From positions 2 through 64,001 of the forward strand of contig CASEMN010000014.1 of the NCBI GenBank assembly GCA_949289045.1: DNA of 64,000 bases. The letters are read 5' to 3'. The position numbers were made by a program, and so were the translations under genes. The notes beneath the pieces are model-generated. The model was not told the origin of the DNA. It did not search any database and saw nothing but the letters and a program-made list of their open reading frames with translations. Each line of letters begins with the position of its first letter. Positions within the stretch are counted from its first letter, which is position 1. This document shows, piece by piece, positions 1 through 9,080 of this stretch. Source of the stretch: an uncultured Oscillospiraceae bacterium (GTDB lineage Bacteria; Bacillota; Clostridia; Oscillospirales; Acutalibacteraceae).

Positions 1-177
1 CCGGTACAGAGCGATAACGTACGTTACATTTACACAGGATTCCGTTCAAATGCACTCTTCTATGCAAGCACTAAGGAAGGACCCAGACAGGCTGGTATTT
101 ACACTCAGACTGCATGGACATTCCTTGGAACATATGCATTCCCGAAGACACGTACATTTACAGTCTCGCTTCTGTAA
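1..177 (+). CDS. 3' end (partial, continues upstream of the window) of a large repeat-rich secreted/surface protein; paralog of the gene ending at 5779
   Basis: Frame 1 is open from nt 1 to TAA 175-177 (...GIYTQTAWTFLGTYAFPKTRTFTVSLL*). nt 1-64 and 133-173 are identical to 5558-5621 and 5644-5684. A hairpin terminator follows at 235-263. Confidence 0.7.
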   Translation, partial: PVQSDNVRYIYTGFRSNALFYASTKEGPRQAGIYTQTAWTFLGTYAFPKTRTFTVSLL

Positions 178-234
178 TTGAAGTACAACCGAATAATTGG
201 ATAAAACTTTATAGTTGAATATCCTAAATTCAGG

Positions 235-263
235 CAGGCAGCGCTTCGGCGCTGCCTGTTTTT
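235..263 (+). terminator. Rho-independent terminator of the upstream paralog
   Basis: 10-bp stem CAGGCAGCGC / GCGCTGCCTG with a TTCG loop, followed by TTTTT (259-263). Confidence 0.8.
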
Positions 264-646
264 GTTATGGCCTCAAGATGTGGAAATAAATTTCTATCGG
301 ATGATAATTGAAACGTAAAAGTAAAAAAGAAAGACAAGTTAAGAATAACTATAGTTGAATAAATAACTCGTTTGGTGGCAGTGAGAGCGATACGCAATCG
401 CAATAATATTAGTGCTTTTTTAAGGTGTTGAGTTAGTAAAATTTTTAAAGGACCGTGCGAGCAACCAGTTTGCGGTTGGCTTTGATTATGAAAAAACAAT
501 GAATTTAGTTTATAAATATATGTAACTATACATATTTAACATATATATAAAATGACGTATTTATAATTTTCTAATATAAGAAATATGTAGCAACATACAG
601 AAAAAACTCCAATTATTAAAAAAATATAAACTTTTTATTTAGATAG

Positions 647-675
647 TTGAAACAAATTATTACTAATGTTAATAT
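647..675 (+). promoter_or_regulatory. Sigma-A-type promoter for the 709 gene
   Basis: TTGAAA (647-652), 17-bp spacer, TAATAT (670-675) with TG at 667-668 (extended -10). AGGAGG at 694-699 lies 9 nt before ATG 709. Confidence 0.5.
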
Positions 676-708
676 AAAAATATCCAAAAAAGAAGGAGGG
701 ATTTTCCA

Positions 709-1179
709 ATGGTAACCACAAAAAAATTCGGCAGGGTCACCGCTATGCTTCTTGCTTTGGTAATGTTATTAACATTAGTGCCGTTCCAGAGCTTTGCAGC
801 TGGCGTTCCTGCCGCAGCCGATCTGACCCTTAAAGATGGTGTTACCGTCGCTCTTTCAAGCGATATGACAGAGGATCAGGTCGAAAAGGCACTTTTCGAT
901 GCACTTGTAGAGAATCCTGAGGGCGCAAACTATCAGGACTATGAGTGGGAGTATGAGTGTGAAGGTAAATTGACTCCAGGACTTACTTGGGGTAATAAGG
1001 GTTGGGGTTTTGTTGACGGCTTTAACAGTAAACATCTTCTCAGCACTTACGTTCATCCTGCTCTTAAAGACAACCAGGATGACACATGGCCCGTTCGCCT
1101 TGTACAAAGAGACGGAGACACAATTGTAAGCCAGTCTAATGAAGTGACTATAACCAAATTCCTGCACAGTCAATTATAA
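709..1179 (+). CDS. Head fragment (signal peptide plus first domain) of a large surface protein; probably the 5' part of one frame-shifted gene together with 1154..5779
   Basis: Good RBS and ATG. MVTTKKFGRVTAMLLALVMLLTLVPFQSFAAG is a typical Sec signal peptide. The ORF stops at TAA 1177-1179, while frame 2 is already open from 1154. Confidence 0.6.
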   Translation: MVTTKKFGRVTAMLLALVMLLTLVPFQSFAAGVPAAADLTLKDGVTVALSSDMTEDQVEKALFDALVENPEGANYQDYEWEYECEGKLTPGLTWGNKGWGFVDGFNSKHLLSTYVHPALKDNQDDTWPVRLVQRDGDTIVSQSNEVTITKFLHSQL

Positions 1180-2050
1180 TTACGAACTTACACAGGGTTC
1201 AGTATATGTAAATGACGCTCAGATTAGCGGAACAGTAACAGGTGTTTCTCCCGCAACAGAACTTCAGTTTACGGTTGTTCCCAAGGAAGGCTACAAAGTT
1301 TCTTCCGTAACTGTAAATGGCGAGGCAGTTGAGGCAGTTGACGGTGTTTACACAGTTCTTCCTGTTGCAACAACAGATATTGACGTAACTTTTGTAGAAG
1401 ACGGCACATTCTATAATGTTACAGTTAATGCCGGCGAAGGCGTAACCGTTAAAATGGACGGTAACGTAGTTTCCGGCGAAGTAAAGGTTGCTGAGGGTGT
1501 AGAGTATACTTTCGAGTATATTCCCGATGACAACACAAGCGTTAAGGCTGTAAAGCTTGGCGAAGATGATGTCACATCTGATGTTTCCTTTGCAAACTAT
1601 GTAGGAACACAGAAGCTTACTTTTACAGGTGATACAACTCTCGCAGTTGAGTCAGTTGCAAAGAGTGCAGAGCTTGTTCTTACAGAAACAACAGAAGTTC
1701 CCGTCGCTATTAACGCGGACGGAACCTTCAACTACGACGGCATCCGTGCAAATCTTATCTCTGCTCTTATCGATAAAGCACAGAGCATAGGTGTAGATTT
1801 CACAGCGGAAAACGTTGTTTTTGAGCAGTATGCTCTTTACTACACAGCAGGCGATGTTCCCGGTGTTTCTTCTCAGTGGGTTTCACTTGAGGGCACTGAG
1901 AAAGGTCCTATTTTGGGATCTTACTATCATCCCGTTGCTGCCGGAAGCAACCATCTCAGAGTTGCTTTCACAGGTAACGATCAGTTCCGTCCCACAGATT
2001 ACATTGAGTTCGACGTAACACTTGTTGACGTTGGAAACGCAGTAATCGCA

Positions 2051-4607
2051 GTTAAAGAGAATCCCACAGTTACTCTTACAGAGACAACTGTAGGAAACAT
2101 CGACTATTCAACACTTAAACAGGATATCTTTGATGCAGCTATTGATACAGGCGATCTTGAGCTTACAGTCCCCGAGAACATCACAGAGAGCGGCAAATAT
2201 TCAGTAACGGCAAGATATCCCGGCAGCGTAAACTATCGTGAGACAACTGTAACTTTCGACGTACAGGTAAACGTTGTAAAGTGCCCCACAGCTGATATCG
2301 CCCTTAAGGCAGATACAGTTGATGCAGTTCTTAAAGAGACATCCGTTGGCGTATATGACAACGCAGCTCTTAAAGAGGCAGTTTATGCAGCAGCAGTAGA
2401 TCTTGATGCATGTGCAGCTAACGGCCTTGACGTTTCAAAGCTTGTTTTTGAGCTTCAGGACGTAACAACCGCAGGCACATACATAGCAAAGATCTCCTAT
2501 CCTGATACAGAAACACATCATGCAAATTCTGTAACAGTAACAGTCAACGTAACCGTTGATAAATGTCCTACAGTTAAGTTTGAGCAGGTAGAAAGCGACG
2601 CTGTTCTTTACAAAAACTATGACCGTACATATAACTATGACGGACTTAAAGAAGATATCTTCAATAAGGTTCTTAAAGTAACAGGCGTTGAAGATCTCCA
2701 GTGGAGCGACGCTACATATGAATATAAGGTATACGACCTTGGCGGAACAATCGGTACATATCAGGCCTTTGAGCTCGACCATATCTGGGGCGATACTCAG
2801 GGTAATATGTATAAATATCTTCGCAACGGCGGAACCTTTGACATTAAAGTAAACGTTCCCACAAGCGAAAGCTATTATGGAGCTCAGATTGAATTCAAAC
2901 TGAATGTTACTATCGGAGACAGCTATGTTTCTGAAATCGTAACAAATGAAGGTCCCTTCAATCTTGAACTTAACGTAAACCGTGACCGTACTTACGATTA
3001 TGACGGACTTAAGCAGGCTATCTTTGAAGCTGCCGTTAAGGAAGTTAAGAACGTTCCCGGAAAAGTAAACTGGGATTATCTTACCTATTCTTATCAGGTA
3101 GGTCTCGGTGACAACTACCATGATTTCACAACAACTTCACTTCCTGAAGATGTTGAAGGAATTATATATCATTATCTGTATCAGGGCGGAAGCTTTAAAG
3201 TACGTCTTGCTATTGCAGATGGCAACGGCTATTACGGTTCATTCAAGAATATAGACGTTAACGTAACAATAGTAGATCCCTATGCTTCCGACATCAAGGT
3301 TAAGAACGAAATTGCTCCTGTAACTCTTGAGGAGACAACAGTAGGCAACTTTGACTACGAATCTCTTAAAGCACAGATTTTTGAGGCTGCAATTGATGTT
3401 GAGAACTCAACACCTTCAAACCTTACAGTTGACAGCTTTGACTATGTAATTCCTGAGATTAAGAGCAGCGGCGTATACAACGTAACTGCTAATTTCAAGG
3501 AGACATTTGACAACGTTGCCGACAGCGTAAGCTTTGATATTCAGGTAAATGTAAAGGTTCTTCCCACAGCATCAATCGTTCTTAAAGCAGATGCTGTTTC
3601 AGCAGTTCTTACAGAGACTGAAATTGACAAGTTTGATTTCGACACTCTCAATAAGACTATATTTGAAGGCGTTGTAGATACACAGGCTACTACTCCTGCA
3701 CTTACTTATAAAGATGTAACAATTACCTTTGACCGTGAGGTTAATGCTGACGGAAAATATACAGCAACAATAACCTATCCCGGTACAAGCACAATTCACG
3801 GTACATCTGCAAAGGTGACTGCGGATATCGATGTAGCTTTCCTTCCCTCTGTATCAATTGAAACTCAGTCCCGCAATCTTGTACTTAACAAGAATATTGC
3901 CGGAGATTATGACTATGACGGACTTAAAAAGGCAATCTTTGATGAGTGCCTGAGAGTAACTGGTGTTGAAGGACTCAGCTGGAACAACTTTAAGTATGAG
4001 TACAAACTCTTCAATGCTATCGGTACAACAGATTCATGGTCAGGTCTCTATCGTGACTTTGAGATCAGAAAGCCCAGCTTCGATTTAGAGGAAACATACA
4101 AGTATCTCTATAAGGGTGGCAACTTCCAGATCAGAGTTTCAATTCCTGACAGCTCCGCATATCACGGCGATTCTGCTGAACTTTCAATCAATGTTACAGT
4201 TGAAGATCCCTACTATGCAGAGATCGCACTCAAACCCAACTATCAGAACAACTATACACTCAACTATGCCGATAACGGTGAGTTCGACTATAACAGACTT
4301 AAGAAGGAAATCTTCGACGCTGTTATAGATGTTGAAAATTCACCTTCAAACGTTACATTTGAGAACGCTGTTATCACATATCAGATTCTCGATGCAATGG
4401 GTACAAGCACTGGTATCGGTGCCGGAGATTATTATGACTTTGCACAGGGAACTCTTCCCGCAGACGCTGCAAATACATACAAATATATGTATAAGGGCGG
4501 CGACTTCAACATTAAGGTTGCAGTACCCGGTGACGAAAACCACCGTGCAGTTGAGGTAGTATTCAACGTAAACATTCAGCCTTTCTCAAGAGTACCTTCA
4601 AATGTTG
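2051..4607 (+). repeat. Two diverged tandem super-repeats (about 2051-3298 and 3299-4607), each encoding four modules (A-A-B-B)
   Basis: The protein segments KENPTVTLTETTVGNIDYSTLKQDIFDAAID... and KNEIAPVTLEETTVGNFDYESLKAQIFEAAID... start parallel series. B modules carry the motif Y(N/D)YDGLK..IF and end in ...KYLY.GG.F.I(K/R)V. Boundaries are approximate. Confidence 0.6.
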
Positions 4608-5557
4608 TAATTAACAGTGGTGCGATAGACTACACCGGTGACGTTAATGCTATTAAGGAATATATTTTCAACAACCTTATAGACTTTAATGCCTCAAAGC
4701 TTCCTGCTGATGTTACTATCGACGACTTCACATTTGAGTACTATGCACTTTATTACACAGCCGGCGGTGTTCCTGGTGTTGATAGATATTGGGCACCGAT
4801 AGAGGGTAAAGAAGATGTACTTGGTGTATATTACAAGCAGATTGGCAACGGTACCAATCAGATAAGAGTCAAATTCAACGGTACTGATGATTATCTTCCA
4901 AGCACATCAAACGAAGTCAGCTTTACAATGAGCAAGGCTTCCTTCACAATCAGCCTTAAGCAGAACTACAAGTATCTTGACGAAGCTCTTCCGAAGGATT
5001 TTGTACAGCCCAGCGTAAACGATAACTTCCAGCATTATTATTTTGCTGTTGATGCATCTTCTGATACGGCCACTGTTTACCTTGACAGCCTTAGCGGTAT
5101 TAAGTTGACAGATATAACTGCTAACGTAAGCTTCAACACTTGCCTTCTCTCTATTCTTGGTATGGGTATAGTGTCAGCAGATCAGGTATTCAGATACGAT
5201 GGTCTTAGCCGTGAACAGCTTGTGACACTTCTTAGTGATTACAGATTGGTCGATTACCTTTCAGGTTATGGCATTGATGAAAATGCTGTAAACGCAATGG
5301 CTGAATTGGTTAACACGATTCCTTCAAATGTCAAGCACTTCAAATTCCAGGCAGGTCAGCCTACAAAGCCCGGTACTTACACAATGTTCGCAATGGCAGC
5401 TAATGAAAACTATAATACAGCTTTCACTTCCAGCGTATTCTATGTAAAGTATCACAGTACAGGCACAAAGCTTGTATTCGTTCAGGATACTGACGGACTT
5501 AACAGATTCAACGTTGGTAAATTCGATTACTCAGCAGTTGTAACTAAGGACGGCGTA

Positions 5558-5684
5558 CCGGTACAGAGCGATAACGTACGTTACATTTACACAGGATTCC
5601 GTTCAAATGCACTCTTCTATGGACAGCTTGGTTCACAAGCCCCTATGCATTCCCGAAGACACGTACATTTACAGTCTCGCTTCT
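5558..5684 (+). repeat. Copy of the paralog C-terminal coding blocks seen at 1-173
   Basis: 5558-5621 = 1-64 and 5644-5684 = 133-173 (identical by eye). The spacer is 22 nt here versus 68 nt in the first copy. Confidence 0.85.
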
Positions 5685-5723
5685 TTAATATGCAAAATGT
5701 ATATACATTTTGCATAACGGAAA

Positions 5724-5753
5724 GCAGGCAGCGTTTCGGCGCTGCCTGCTTTT
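5724..5753 (+). terminator. Rho-independent terminator (near-copy of 235-263)
   Basis: Stem GCAGGCAGCG / CGCTGCCTGC followed by TTTT. It lies inside the extended ORF 1454..5779. Confidence 0.75.
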
Positions 5754-5775
5754 GCTGTATTATAAATTATCGCAT

Positions 5776-5815
5776 ATAAAAAAGCCTCGACATCACTATC
5801 TGTTGCCGAGGCTTT
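5776..5815 (-). terminator. Terminator of the convergent 5829..6797 gene
   Basis: Minus strand reads AAAGCCTCGGCAACA...TGTCGAGGCTTTTTT, a stem followed by a T-run. Confidence 0.6.
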
Positions 5816-5828
5816 AAAGCGTAATTTA

Positions 5829-6797
5829 TTAGATTTTTTTATTAGAAGCAATAAATGTGGTTCTCTCCATAACGCTTTGTCCGCCATGGCGTCTTTGTCT
5901 GCCGCCGTGATCGGAGGTAATTATAATAAGCCAGTCCTCTTCGCTATATGTACTGCGGTTTTCAATAGCTTTTATAACTTCCATGGCATCACGGTCGCAG
6001 CCCTTGACGGCTTCAACATATTTCGGGTTTTTGTTGCCGAATCCGGTTCCATGACCGTTTTCGTCGGGCCTTTCGTATATGCACATAAGAAAGTCGTCGC
6101 AGTCTTGTTCGGATACTCTGTTAAGGATAATACCATGCAGTGCTTTATCTGTTTTGGCGTTATTTATAGAAAGGTTATATCCTTTCTCTTTTGCGAAGTC
6201 TATTTCATCACAGTAGGTTCCTTTTTCTGAACGGTCAAAATGTCCGGGCCAAAGCATATTAAATGAAACTTTAAAGCCGCTGTATTTTGCAGGTAAATCT
6301 ATAAGTAAAGATGGATAGGCCGTCGGCTTTATAACTCCGTTTGAAACAGCTCCGTTAACTTTTGACCATTGTCCCGTAAGAATAGATGCCCAGCCGGGAG
6401 CTGTATCGGTATATTGCTTTGGACCTTTTGGATCACCGCCGGCATAAGAAATGTAAAGGCCGCCTTTGTTTTTAAGGTACATTACTGCGCTGTCAGGATT
6501 ATTGATAACATTTACGAGGGAATCGCAGCGAGCGCCGTCAAAACCCAGAATAATGGCCTTTTTACATGTCTTTCCCGGATCAGGTGGGGTTTCAAAGTGT
6601 TTTGTTATTATTGAATGAACTGTTGTCTGAGGCAGGGGAGTGGCAAGGGTGTTTTCGAAAACCGACATTTCGCTAATAGTTTTTTTCTCTGTTTCGGATT
6701 CGCTGCGTGGCAGCACCACATAAGAAATAACTGCGGCAATTACTATGACAATTATACATAATATGGCGCAGACAACAGCGGCAATTGCTGTTTCCAT
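5829..6797 (-). CDS. Membrane-anchored alkaline-phosphatase-superfamily enzyme (nucleotide pyrophosphatase/phosphodiesterase-like)
   Basis: An N-terminal TM helix is followed by motifs GFDGARCD, TAPGWASILTG, DENGHGTGF and TSDHGG, typical of the type I phosphodiesterase/NPP family. GGAGG RBS; 29 nt downstream of fucU. Confidence 0.7.
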   Translation of the reverse strand: METAIAAVVCAILCIIVIVIAAVISYVVLPRSESETEKKTISEMSVFENTLATPLPQTTVHSIITKHFETPPDPGKTCKKAIILGFDGARCDSLVNVINNPDSAVMYLKNKGGLYISYAGGDPKGPKQYTDTAPGWASILTGQWSKVNGAVSNGVIKPTAYPSLLIDLPAKYSGFKVSFNMLWPGHFDRSEKGTYCDEIDFAKEKGYNLSINNAKTDKALHGIILNRVSEQDCDDFLMCIYERPDENGHGTGFGNKNPKYVEAVKGCDRDAMEVIKAIENRSTYSEEDWLIIITSDHGGRQRRHGGQSVMERTTFIASNKKI

Positions 6798-6826
6798 TTT
6801 ATACTGACCTCCGTCTGATTGTAGGT

Positions 6827-7252
6827 TTACTCTTTCACAACGCCTTTTTTGAGTATTACATTAGCATACTGAGCGCTTTCGCCGGTTGCTACTATGGCAT
6901 ATGCCTTTTTTGCACGTTCGTAGAAAGCAAAGCGTTCCATATATTCTATTTCAACGTCTCCGTATTTTGCTATTTCAGCCTTGTATTGGTCCCATATTAC
7001 CGGAACGATAGGATCGCCTGGTACAACATCCATAAGGGCTACAGGCTTTTCTACATATTGGTCAAGAGGCAAAAGCTTAAGAATAGCTTCCAAAACCTCC
7101 GGTACTCCATGACCGTCGCAGCGCACTAACCTTTGTGCATGGCTTGCGGCAGGAAAATTTCCGTCTGCGATGATAATTTCGTCGCCGTGACCCATTTCCA
7201 TAAGTATTTTTAAAAGTTCTGGTGAAAGAATTGACGGTATACCTTTAAGCAT
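6827..7252 (-). CDS. fucU: L-fucose mutarotase (RbsD/FucU family)
   Basis: Collinear similarity to E. coli FucU (MLKGIPSILSPELLKILMEMGHGDEIIIADGNFPA..., ...RFAFYERAKKAYAIVATGE..YANVILKKGV). AAGGAG RBS. Confidence 0.9.
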   Translation of the reverse strand: MLKGIPSILSPELLKILMEMGHGDEIIIADGNFPAASHAQRLVRCDGHGVPEVLEAILKLLPLDQYVEKPVALMDVVPGDPIVPVIWDQYKAEIAKYGDVEIEYMERFAFYERAKKAYAIVATGESAQYANVILKKGVVKE

Positions 7253-7267
7253 AGTTTTTAACTCCTT

Positions 7268-7798
7268 TTAGTTTTGTGTTATAGGTGCGCCGGTACCTTT
7301 GTAAAGCTCTATGGCATCGCTGCATTTTATACTTATTACAGTGCATAAGGGGTCGAGCTCGCTTTTCTTCAGAAACATCCAAAGAGAACCGGGGCCCTCT
7401 CCGAGACCAAGACTGCTTCCTAACGCTACGCTTCTGCCGTCCGGAAGGAGAGAGATGTCTTTCTTTTTGTTTTTAATACCCTTTACCATAACCGGTGTAT
7501 CATCACAGGCAAAAACGAACAGGAAAAGTTCTTTTTTATCGGGGGACATAAGTGACTCGCCGGCAAACCAGTCGTTATCGAGCCCTTTAACGGTACCGGT
7601 GAAAGCCTTGTAATATTTGTTTATAAATTCCGCAAACTTGTCTACTTCATCTTTTTGGCAGTTAGCGGGAATAAAAAACTTTTCTCCTTTTTGTTTTGCA
7701 CGGATGAACAGACGAAGCATCTGGTCGCAGGTGTAGGCCATGCCTTCTTTTTCGGAAACTTCAATAGAAAAGGAAGCGAGAATTTTTTCAGTGTTCAT
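7268..7798 (-). CDS. Hypothetical protein, 176 aa, no family recognised
   Basis: The ATG lies 1 nt after the fucosidase stop, and its GGGAGG RBS sits in the last fucosidase codons (translational coupling). It sits between GH29 and fucU. Confidence 0.6.
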   Translation of the reverse strand: MNTEKILASFSIEVSEKEGMAYTCDQMLRLFIRAKQKGEKFFIPANCQKDEVDKFAEFINKYYKAFTGTVKGLDNDWFAGESLMSPDKKELFLFVFACDDTPVMVKGIKNKKKDISLLPDGRSVALGSSLGLGEGPGSLWMFLKKSELDPLCTVISIKCSDAIELYKGTGAPITQN

Positions 7799-7799
7799 T

Positions 7800-9008
7800 T
7801 TATTTTTCCTCCCTTATGTCTTCGCTGAAATTAACCGAGAAAACAGCGGTGTCATATATGTAATCTTCCGGTGAAAGTTTTACCCAAATTTTATCTTCGT
7901 CTTTTGTAAATTGGAGACTGTTTCCGTTCTTCGTAAGGGTAACGTCCGTTACTTTGTCTGCCGGTACAAAAACCGGAACAGTTTTATTTGTTGTTTCGTA
8001 GCTGAAGCAGTAAAGAGTTTTTCCGTCACGGCTTATGGTTTTTCCTCCGGAGAAAACATCTGCGTCAAAAGTATCCGTTCCCCAAATTGCCTTTTCGTTT
8101 GCTTTAGAAAATTCTCCTAAACGGCGAAGCACATCTTCCTGTTCTGGCAAAATTGTTCCGTCCTCTTTCGGGCCTATATCCAAAAGGAGATTTCCGCCCA
8201 TAGATACGATTTCAGAAAAAATTCTTACTATCTGTTCGGGTGTTTTGAAGTTTTTGTCCTCGGGCTGATATCCCCAGCTGTTATTTATAGTCATGCAGTA
8301 TTCCCATGATCCGTCGGGACGTACAGTAGGCATCTGCTGTTCAGGAGTTGCATAATCGCCATAGCTTCCGATTCTGGAATTTATTACGGTTTCAGGGGAT
8401 TTTTCCGTAAGCCACTGTTTAAGACCTTTCATATCCCAATCAGCCTGGCTGCGTTCCCAGTCTCCGTCAAACCAAAGCAGATCTATTTTGCCGTAGTTTG
8501 TAAGTATTTCTGTGAGCTGCGAACGGTGGAATTGTTTAAACATTTTCCAGTGCTTTTTGTTTAGGAAGTAAGTGTCAATAAAGTATTTTACAGGGTGCCA
8601 GGTTTTGGCGGTGTAATCTTTAGCTGACCAGTCGCACTGTGTGAAGTAAAGACCGACTTTAAGGTCATTGTTTCTCAAAGCGTCGCAGTAGGGTGCTACA
8701 AGATCTCGCTTAGCCGGAGACTTTTTTACGACGGATAAATCCGAAAATTTTGTATCAAAAAGCGCAACTCCGTCATGGTGTTTCGTAGTAAGAACGGCGT
8801 ATTTTGCTCCTGCTTCTTTAAACAGTTTTGCCCAATATTCAGGGTCGTAGTTTTTTGCTGTAAAGCCTTTAATCTGTTTCATGTAAGGGCGGTATTTTGT
8901 AAGATAGCTTGAACGGAAATACCACGATTCGGCAGTTCCCTTTACTGAATAAATTCCGTAATGGATAAATATTCCCAGCTTTGCCTCTTGGAACCAGGGC
9001 TGCATCAT
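7800..9008 (-). CDS. Alpha-L-fucosidase, GH29 family, no signal peptide
   Basis: GH29 motifs WFQEAKLGIFIHYGIYSV and KYAVLTTKHHDGVALFDT. AAGGAGG RBS. Confidence 0.9.
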   Translation of the reverse strand: MMQPWFQEAKLGIFIHYGIYSVKGTAESWYFRSSYLTKYRPYMKQIKGFTAKNYDPEYWAKLFKEAGAKYAVLTTKHHDGVALFDTKFSDLSVVKKSPAKRDLVAPYCDALRNNDLKVGLYFTQCDWSAKDYTAKTWHPVKYFIDTYFLNKKHWKMFKQFHRSQLTEILTNYGKIDLLWFDGDWERSQADWDMKGLKQWLTEKSPETVINSRIGSYGDYATPEQQMPTVRPDGSWEYCMTINNSWGYQPEDKNFKTPEQIVRIFSEIVSMGGNLLLDIGPKEDGTILPEQEDVLRRLGEFSKANEKAIWGTDTFDADVFSGGKTISRDGKTLYCFSYETTNKTVPVFVPADKVTDVTLTKNGNSLQFTKDEDKIWVKLSPEDYIYDTAVFSVNFSEDIREEK

Positions 9009-9080
9009 TTTTTATTCCTCCTTAAAGCCCATTAATTTTTTAGGTTTACTGCACTTAGTTTAATTGTTTAACAATAGTCT

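Larger units (their letters stand above)
1154..5779 (+). pseudogene. Body of the same large repeat-rich surface protein gene (ORF-track entry 1454..5779), frame-shifted relative to its head and with an out-of-frame C-terminus
   Basis: Frame 2 is open 1154-5779, with no ATG/GTG/TTG before 1454 and no RBS or signal peptide at 1454. nt 1154-1453 translate in frame into the same kind of beta-rich module as the following sequence. The last ~45 codons differ from the paralog by a frame change and read through hairpin 5724-5753. This is either a decaying gene or indel errors in a repeat-rich assembly. Confidence 0.55.

Noticed and set aside
365-490. c-di-GMP (GEMM-type) riboswitch upstream of the surface-protein gene
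   Set aside because: Only loose resemblance (GGCAG and ACGCAATCGC). There is no GNRA hairpin/receptor layout, and the region lies upstream of the predicted promoter. It is kept only as an unexplained structured island.
230-499. 89-aa minus-strand ORF in the spacer between the tandem giant genes
   Set aside because: It runs through the terminator hairpin at 235-263 and has no RBS.
2435-3121. 228-aa antisense ORF inside the giant gene (similar cases at 22376-22732, 26834-27169 and 60384-60851)
   Set aside because: These are shadow ORFs opposite long, codon-biased repeat genes. They have no RBS and are Cys/Ile/Phe-rich with low complexity.
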